Assembly: GCA_001724265.1 (NCBI GenBank)
Contig: MEDY01000117.1
Coordinates: 52,192 to 72,191, forward strand
Source: Rhizaria sp. SCN 62-66
Lineage: Eukaryota
Direction: 5' to 3'
Length of the DNA: 20,000 nucleotides
Shown here: positions 13,101 through 20,000 of the stretch, piece by piece
How the letters are laid out: every line of letters begins with the position of its first letter
Numbering within the stretch: the first letter of the stretch is position 1
Notes under the pieces: generated by a model
The model's database searches: none
What the model saw: the letters and a program-made list of their open reading frames with translations, nothing else
Told to the model about the DNA's origin: nothing
Position numbers and translations under genes: made by a program

Positions 13101-15696
13101 GCGCGGCGGCGCGCGCGGGCACCGCGGCGTCCCCCGCGGCTGCCTGTCGGGCCAGCGAGGCGGCGAAAAGCGGCAGCAGCCGGTTGGCCAGCCCCGCCGC
13201 CGTGACCGTCAGCACCAGCGGCTGCTGCGAGACCGCGGCAGTAGCCGCCGAGACAGAGACAGCGGAGGCGGGAGGGATCGCGGCCCCGGCGGCGACGGCG
13301 GCCAGCTCAGGCCGCACCTTCAGCACTGTGAGGGCCAGATCCCATGCACTCTTGACGTTGCCGCGGGCCGTTTCGCGCGCCAGGACCGAGAAAATGCCCT
13401 TGGCGACGGTGGGCAGCGTGGCATGTGCCGTGACAAGGCGCGGCGCTGACTGGACGAGGACGGTAAGCAGCTCGACGGTGGCGCGGCGCAGGTCAGCCGC
13501 GGCGTGCGTGGTAAGCGGCAGCAGCGCGTCGAGCGCGGGCGCCGCGGCCGCGGGCGGCAGGTAGAACGGCGACGACGCGAGCAGACTAGAAGGATTACTC
13601 CCTGCACGGGACGACAGCGCGGCGGCGGCGGCGGCAGGCGCGGAGGCCGTTGCGACGAGCCAGGGGTCAAAGGCGCATGCCGCCACCGTCGCGGGCTCCC
13701 TGGCCGCAGCGGCAACGTCACCGGACAGCAGCGTGTGCATGACGCCACCACTATGGGGCGAGGCGGGGGAAGAGCCGGCCTTCCTGAGCGCGAGAAGCGC
13801 GCCGGCGGCCGCGGTCCAGCCGCTGTGGCAGATGGCGAGCTCGCGGCACCAGGCCGCCGTGCCAGCCAGCACTGACGCTGTGACGCGCGCCCAGCGGTCG
13901 CCCTCGACGGCCGCGGCGGCCGAGTCGGCGGCGGCCATAGTAGAGTGGCGGGGGACGCCGGCGAGCGCGGCGAGCTGCGCGGGGGAGCAGTGCAGGTAGA
14001 GGCGCGTTGCGGCCAGCCAGGTCGGCAGCGTGAAAGCGAGGAGCTGCTGGTGCGACCACCAGGGGCGGGCAACGCAGCAGTCGCCGCCGCTCGCGCCATC
14101 ACGCGCAGCCGCGGCCTCGGTCTCCGTCTCGGTCTCCGTCTCCGGGCTGCGGGGGGACTGGCGTGGGACGGGCACGGGGACTGCGGCCGCGAGCGTGGTC
14201 AGCAGAGCAGTCTCGACCGCGCGGGCGGCCTTTGCGGCGGTGCTCTTCTTCTTGGAGCTCGAGCGGTCGCCGTCCGCAGCGACTGCAGCAGGAGCAGCAG
14301 CAGCAACGACCGGGGCGGCGGTGGCTGCGTCGGCAACGGCGTCGGTGGCCGCACGGGTGCCCGCAAGCACCGCGGTCCACAGCGTCGCGCAGTCCTCCTC
14401 GCTCATGGCCACTTGGCCGCCGCTCGTAGTCGCGGCCGCCGCGCTACTGTGGGCGCGGGCGAGCACAGCGGCGGGCGCAGACGCATGGGCCGGCACGGAG
14501 GGGAAGGCTGCGTTGAGGCACTCGAGCGCGGTCTTGGCGACGCGGGGCGCGCGGTCATGGCACAGCAGCCACGTGTGCGCAAACAGGTCCTCGATACCGC
14601 CGCTGGAACCGGCACCGCTGTGTCCTGCGCCGGCAGCGCCGCCAAAGCCAGAGCCATGAGTGTGACCGTGAGCGTGGCTGTGGGCGTCTGAGTGGGGGCT
14701 GTGGCGGCGGAGGAGAGCAGCGCGGACTGGCGGCAGCGCGCGCGCGAGCGTCATGAGGGGCGCAAAGAGGCGCGTGCAGACGAGCTCGCGGACGTGGGGG
14801 TCCGCGTCGAGGCAGAGGCGCGAGTGCAGCTGGCACAGCGCGGGCAACGACTCCAAGAGCGCCTCCAGCGACAGCGGCGCGCTCGAGACGGCAGCGTCGC
14901 CGCCACTCACGCTCGTACTCGCAGACGCGGACGCTGTCGCTGTGGGGGCTGTGACGCCGGGGCCAGCGCTAGGCGCGGCGAAGGCGGGCGCAAGCGCGGC
15001 GACGGTCGCGGCGAGAATGGCGCGCAGCCCGTCGAGGCTCTTGACGCGCGTCACTGAGTCGCGCTTGGAGAACTTGCGAATTGCCAGCGACAGGTGCGAG
15101 TCGGGCGAGTCGAGCGCGGCCAGCTCCGAAACCAGGAATGCCGTGCCCGTGCTCGTGGGGTACAGTGGCATCGGGAAGCTGCGATTTGGCGCAGCAGCGG
15201 AAGAAGCAGAGACGGAGGCGGAGGCGGAGGCGTCAATGGCTGCATCGGAGCTCTTGTCCTTGCTAGCCTTCTTGTCGTCCTTCTGCTTGTCGTCCTTGGG
15301 CTCCTTGGAAGACTTCTTGGCGGGCGTGTCGGCGCTGACGGAGATAGAAGAAGCGGGGGCGTCCTTCTTGTCCTTCTTATCCTTCTTGTTGTCTTTGTCC
15401 TTCACAGCATCAGAGTCTGCAGACGCATCGGCCTTTTTGTCCTTCTTGTCCTTCTTCTCCTTCTTGCCATTCGCGGCAGTGCCGGCGTCGACGATGGTAG
15501 AGGTCGTATCGTCAGCGTCGCCCATGCCACTAGACATCATAAACGAATCGAGGGAGAAACCACCGGCAAAAGCACCGCCGCTGCTCCCGCCGAAGTTGCT
15601 GCTGCCGAAGCCATCAAAGCCGCCGAAGTCACTGCCGACGTTCTAGTCGGCTGCGGAAGTCTTGGAAGCCTTGCCCGACTTGGAAGGTTTAGACAT
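1174..15696 (-). CDS. LTN1: Listerin / LTN1 (Rkr1) ribosome-quality-control E3 ubiquitin ligase, greatly expanded (4840 aa counting the in-frame TAG at 15643..15645 as sense; 4788 aa from ATG 15540)
   Basis: C-terminus LLRALQVWAGVVRHRLEGIEACPICFSTVH...LPSLSCHTCAAAFHANCLLTWFESSGHSTCPMCRALF* matches the LTN1 RING (human ...[23 protein letters not shown]...[38 protein letters not shown]). N-terminal domain motifs DSHLSLAIRKFSKRDSVTRVKSL, LCLDADPHVRE and WLLCHD...ALECLNAAFP match LTN1 ([41 protein letters not shown]...AFEAAFP). In-frame ATG 15696 gives MSKPSKSGKA...GFDGFG, similar to human RPSNSGRA...GFIGFG. Confidence 0.9.
1177..1356 (-). other. C-terminal LTN1-type RING (C4HC3) domain
   Basis: CPIC-x-CHTC-x-H-x2-C-x3-W-x-CPMC, with a Ser/Gly/Ala insertion in the first loop. 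Confidence 0.9.
5756..5800. repeat. Coding tandem repeat, 3 x 15 nt (gtgaccgtgagcScg), encoding ALTVT-ALTVT-GLTVT in LTN1
   Basis: Units at 5756-5770, 5771-5785 and 5786-5800 differ at one base. Confidence 0.8.
7466..7491. repeat. Coding hexamer microsatellite (CCAGAG)n encoding a (GS)n linker in LTN1
   Basis: gccagagccagagccagagccagagc seen directly. Confidence 0.75.
9781..9860 (-). repeat. Low-complexity acidic tract (DVDGNEDEDEDEDEDGDDSEDDDDDDDG) within LTN1
   Basis: (tcg/tcc)n trinucleotide-like run on the + strand. Confidence 0.8.
15250..15470 (-). repeat. Lys/Asp-rich low-complexity insertion (KKEKKDKKDKK...KKDKKDKKD) in the LTN1 N-terminus
   Basis: Repeated ttcttgtcc units on +; translation shows KKD repeats. 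Confidence 0.75.
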
Positions 15697-16350
15697 CGAA
15701 GTCAATCAGAGACTAAATGTGCTGGAAAAGGGGTGATATGGGCGTCTCGAGAAGAGACTCTGCGATGATGGACAACAGGGTGCGGAGCAAGATCCAAGGA
15801 GTGAGATAAGGCATTTAGAACGCATCTATCGATGAGGTAATTAAACAAACAAATGCAATCTCTTGTTGAAAATATGTGGATCGTTTCATGTCTGTACTAT
15901 CGGACTTTTATGCCTGATTTCAGCACAAGTTTTTTTCGCGCACATCGCCAGATTCGTTTGTGGTGGTTGGCCAGATGCGTATGCACAGCGTACCTACGCA
16001 AATGGACACAATAACCGAGTCGATCTTACCTACAATCACAATCACTCGAAATGATGTTCTGGTGCCACGTATAATCAAAATAATTCCATGATATGGCGAG
16101 CTGTATTATCAAAGGGTGATCGTTCAGGAATGATATAATACTCGTATTCTCCAAAGTTGCACCTGAACGTGACGTGTAACCTGGCGGACACAGGCGGCGT
16201 AGCCGATGATATCTTGTCATAAACGCGACAGACCAAGCATGGCCAAAATTTACAAACCAAATATGTTCAAAATCAAATCCGTAATAATCGTCTGAAGATC
16301 AATTTACACGATACTGACCACCACGGTCATTGCGCTAATCGCAGCATGAA

Positions 16351-18885
16351 TTAGTGCAGCTTGAAGTACGAGGACATCGTACTCCCCTGTTTACTACAAA
16401 CACCCATGCTACAAAACTTCTCAAAGCAGTACCTAACGGTGTTGGTGAACGGTTTATACGAATGCACCTGTGGCGCCTCCGTTGACATCGAGTCCTGTAC
16501 GATGCGGCCGACTGGCACAGCGCCGCGCAGCAGACTGGCCGGGCACGGCTTGAAGACGAGGAATACCGGTGATCGGTTTGCTGGGGGCAGAGGAACGACA
16601 TTACGAGGACACATGAGCAGCGTACCAGGCGGGTAAACAACGGTGTCATCAGGCCGCATGTACTCGCCGTAAGCAACATCGGTGTAATCCCCCAGCGTCA
16701 GCGGCGCAGTGGCGCACGGCGCTGTTCCGCTGTACAGTGTGACGTAAGGCAGCGTCGCCGCTGTGTGGCCGGGTGGCACAAAACACTGGTGTAAGTGCCA
16801 GCCCAGAGCGTTGTTCTTGGATGCCAACAAGAAGTGAACTTGATAACTTGGAAACCGATTCAAGTCGTAAAACAGCAAAAAATGGTGCGTGTCGTGGCGC
16901 AGAGTCAACGGATTGAAAAGCACTGAAGTGGTCATCTTTGGATTGCCGCATGACTCGTAAATCAAGCGTTTATGCGCAAGAATACTTACGCGTGCCTTAG
17001 CCTGCAACAGCTGCAGCGCTGCCGCTGACGGAACAGTCGCTGATTGAGCTTCAGTCAAAGCTTGCGCCGCGCCTGCGTTAGGACTGCGTTGTGAGCCTGC
17101 CTCGCTCGTGTTGCGAGTGGTTCCGTCGTTGCCATTGCTGTGCAAGACTGGGGCAGGGTAACCACATTGTTTCTCCAGGGTCCGACTAATATGCGCCTCG
17201 AACGCCCTCAACCAGTTTCCGTCGTAGCTCTCTGTGAAGGCACGTTCGTCCTTGAAAGCTTGTTGTACTTCAGAGTCTACTGTTGTTTTTGTTGCTGACA
17301 TAAAACACGCCGCCTCTGGCATATTTTCAAGCTGTTTGCTTAACAGCGTAAACTCCTTTAGTGCATGTCCGTCTTGCTGCATAACTGCCGAGTAGCGCAG
17401 GATATCAAGAGCCTGAGGTCCACGCGCATCAACAAATGTTGTTACAACGTCAGTGTCAATCGGGGCATTTGCTTGGTTGGTGCAAGTTCCTGCCGGTGTG
17501 CTTGCTTCAGTGCTGATTGCAGCGCCAGCGATTTGACGATCTTTTTCAATACTTTTGGTTCTAGAAACATTGGCATCAAGCATCACGCGTAGCACGCGCA
17601 GCAGCCTCGCAGCACTGGTATCATCAGCCTTCGTCAAATCAGTGCAAAGAGCGATGGCAAAGAGTGTGGAGACGCAGCATTGAACAACTCCAGTTTCGAG
17701 CATCAGTAGCACCGTAGAAGCGGTTGTGATGCCTGAGGAGTTAGCAGAGAGAATCGCGTCACACAAATGTACACCAAAAGTAGAAAGGTTGTTAACCCCC
17801 CATTTGTTCTCCTTTGGAATGAGTGCCCGTAAAAGCTGTTGAAACCCATTGTGAGAGACAAGTTGTGCCGCATACGAAGGGATCGCTTGCGTCAAGCGGA
17901 TCACAATTCGGACTGAGTGCTCGAGCACCAGCGTGTCCCAAGAGCTAACGACCATCACACGCCCGGTTACAGCATCCAAGTGCGGTTGTGTAAAGACCTT
18001 AGCAAGTGTGGTATCATCAACAGCAGAGGTGATCATCTGTAGCAACTCCAATACGTGAACCTTGAACACCGGTGTCGCACGCGACGAGTTGTACCACTCA
18101 TAGTCGGACAGCAATTGCGAGAACTCCTAACTCAGAATGAACTCATGGGAAATGCTTTGAACGTATTGACTAGCATCAAAATCGGCAGCACATGTACGTA
18201 GCACATTAATCAGCATTGTGTACGCACTGCCACGCACCACCGAGTTGCTGAATTGCCTGATGTGCCCCAGGACGACATAAAAGTGGGGCACGCATGTGGC
18301 GACAGACGCAAAAGGCACAGGCACACCTTTAGAGCACACCTGTGACACAACACCAAAAACGCTGCACATAATATGGAAGAAAGAAGGATTGGGATGTGCT
18401 GATTGTTCGGCTTTGGAGCAAAAATACTGCATAAAGGACATTAGATACTCCAGTGCTGCTGTCTTCACTGCGAGAGGAACAAGCGAGGATTGTGAAATAA
18501 TGTGCATCAGGGTTATCATTCGCGTGTCAACGTTATCGCCAGTTATGACACCATGCCAAAGCTGCCTGCTGAGGACAGAAAGCATGGTGCTTGGCGCAAA
18601 CACGTCGCATCCCTTTACGTCCATGTCGTGGTTACTGTTGCCTGCACAGACGTGTTGGACAATCTTGACAAGAGTATCTTGCCTATCACGCTCTTCATGG
18701 TCAGTACATAGCTGAAACGTGGATGTGAACAGCTCAGCAATGTTGCTCTCGCATAATATTGCGTTCCGTACAAGAGGGTCATTGTTGCGACTACGGACGC
18801 TGATAGCGGCTTGCAGTTCATGCAAGCCGGTAGTACTCGATGAGAGTGAAAGTGTCGAGGCAATGGCATCGTAGAGGCGTTCCAT
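16351..18885 (-). CDS. Uncharacterised protein of about 844 aa: ARM/importin-alpha-like helical N-terminal half plus degenerate cyclophilin-like C-terminal domain; one in-frame TAG at 18127..18129
   Basis: ORFs 18127..19050 and 16351..18114 share a frame and are separated only by TAG followed by GAG TTC TCG CAA. First in-frame ATG is at 18885 (MERLYDAI); upstream TGA at 19057..19059; terminal TAA at 16351..16353. Amphipathic helical repeats (SVRSRNNDPLVRNAILCESNIAELF; QLVSHNGFQQLLRAL; LMLETGVVQCCVSTL) resemble ARM repeats on both sides of the TAG. Confidence 0.6.
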
Positions 18886-19324
18886 GCTAAAATTCAGCGT
18901 TGTAACAGGAACTCCAGCCAATTGGTTCGAAAGAACAGTGCTTGGTGGGACTGAAAAGTCGAGCTGCCGTCTTTGCGAAAAAGGGGCAACACTGACCGTG
19001 GGAAAAATGACAGGATATAACCCTTGTGAGAGGTTCCACGAAATGCGCAAATGATATCACAATGCAATGGTTACTTTAAATGCATATACATCTTCAAAAT
19101 GAACTTCGACTGTGATTCTATGGCTACGCTATCGTCTTTCAATTGTGACCACGAGCTGGTTGGACCAATACATTTCTGACCACAAATGAAGCACAGACAG
19201 AATTATCGGAGATTTCTCAGTGAAATCATCGCATCTCATAACAAGTGCGATGCATCACATATAAATGTATCGATTCAATGACATTTTAACATAATATTCT
19301 GAAAAGTCGTTCATCAAAAGCTTG

Positions 19325-19330
19325 TTTATT
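19325..19330 (-). promoter_or_regulatory. Candidate polyadenylation signal AATAAA for the ABCA gene
   Basis: tttatt on + (AATAAA on -) about 157 nt downstream of the ABCA TAA. Confidence 0.3.
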
Positions 19331-19486
19331 CCAACCGCCATGAAGTGTCGGGGAAGTTAGGGTAGAGGGCACAATAACTTATGAGTATTTGCGTATCACA
19401 AAGCAAGCATATCTCAAATTCTATATAAAAATACGATCGATCAAAATAAAAGCATACAGTTCAACGACTGCGTTGTCAAGACGCAC

Positions 19487-19999
19487 TTAAGCGCGCTCAA
19501 CCAGATCACGCTGCTCCTGCGCACGCACCATCTGGATGAAGATCTGTTCCAGATCAGTGTCCGACACGGAGTACGAGTCGAGCCCGACGCGCGCCTTGTT
19601 GCTCTCAAACGCGCGGAACACCGCCGACGTCGGCCCCGCCACAGCCTTGTCAATGCGCACCTTGAACGTCTGGCCGTGGCTCTCGATCACGGTGGTGTTA
19701 GGATAAGTAGCCTTGATCCAGTCGAGCGCAGAGTCCTCAGCGCCCGCACGCGTCTTGCCGACGACCTGGTAGCCCGAGCCAAAGCGCTGCTTGAGGTGGG
19801 GCGCCGTGCCGAGGCAGCGGAGCCGGCCGCCGGTCATAATGCCGATGCGGTCGCAGAGCGCCTCGCACTCCTCCATCGAGTGCGTGGTCAGGATAACGGA
19901 ACGGTTGGCCATCGTGGACGAAATGAGCTTCCACATCGAGCGACGCGCCTGCGGGTCCATGCCCGTCGACGGCTCATCCAGGAACACGATCAGCGGGTT
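19487..19999 (-). CDS. ABC transporter subfamily A (ABCA), C-terminal part of NBD2 plus regulatory domain; 5' part outside the window
   Basis: [23 protein letters not shown] (Walker B/D-loop), [23 protein letters not shown] (ABCA-type H-loop), [31 protein letters not shown]; ends at TAA 19487..19489. Confidence 0.93.
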   Translation of the reverse strand, partial: NPLIVFLDEPSTGMDPQARRSMWKLISSTMANRSVILTTHSMEECEALCDRIGIMTGGRLRCLGTAPHLKQRFGSGYQVVGKTRAGAEDSALDWIKATYPNTTVIESHGQTFKVRIDKAVAGPTSAVFRAFESNKARVGLDSYSVSDTDLEQIFIQMVRAQEQRDLVERA

Positions 20000-20000
20000 G

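Noticed and set aside
15643-15696. Micro-intron ending at the LTN1 TAG as an explanation for the stop
   Set aside because: No phase-0 GT donor lies between ATG 15696 and the TAG, and the segment that would be removed carries the LTN1-like KPSKSGKA motif.
1080-15768. Dozens of 60-390 aa ORFs antisense to or in alternative frames of LTN1
   Set aside because: Expected shadow ORFs in very GC-rich, Ala-codon-rich coding DNA. Their products are Arg/Pro/Ala low-complexity with no recognisable motifs.
15863-16260. Short 61-64 aa ORFs in the spacer between LTN1 and the ARM-like gene
   Set aside because: Short, AT-rich and motif-free; consistent with UTR/promoter DNA.
15643-18129. Selenocysteine or pyrrolysine recoding of the internal stops
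   Set aside because: Sec uses UGA, not UAG. Pyl is known only from archaea and bacteria, and these are spliceosomal-intron-bearing eukaryotic genes.
18886-19050. 55-codon N-terminal extension from TTG 19050
   Set aside because: Non-ATG start in a eukaryotic context and no recognisable homology. The first ATG is at 18885, although an upstream exon cannot be excluded.
1-20000. CRISPR arrays, tRNA/rRNA genes, transposons
   Set aside because: No regularly spaced repeats, cloverleaf or rRNA signatures, terminal repeats or transposase/RT motifs were seen. All repeats noticed are coding low-complexity tracts.

Overview
Eukaryotic (protist-like) nuclear DNA: four protein-coding genes separated by short AT-richer spacers. 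(1) UFC1 (Ufm1-conjugating E2) on +, two exons (188..262, 367..864/885) split by a GT-AG intron. (2) A convergent, apparently intronless, very GC/Ala-rich giant listerin/LTN1 RQC E3 ligase on - (1174..15696, about 4840 codons). (3) A lower-GC gene on - (16351..18885) with an ARM/importin-alpha-like N-terminal half and a degenerate cyclophilin-like C-terminal domain. (4) The 3' end of an ABCA-family transporter on -. Main finding: an in-frame TAG interrupts the conserved N-terminus of LTN1, a second in-frame TAG splits gene 3 into two same-frame ORFs, and the UFC1 TAG lies inside a CAA-TAG-CAA-CAG Gln run. TAA ends the other three genes, in LTN1 at the conserved terminus. This suggests a nuclear genetic code with UAG as a sense codon (probably Gln) and UAA/UGA as stops. 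All protein identifications come from remembered family motifs, not database searches.
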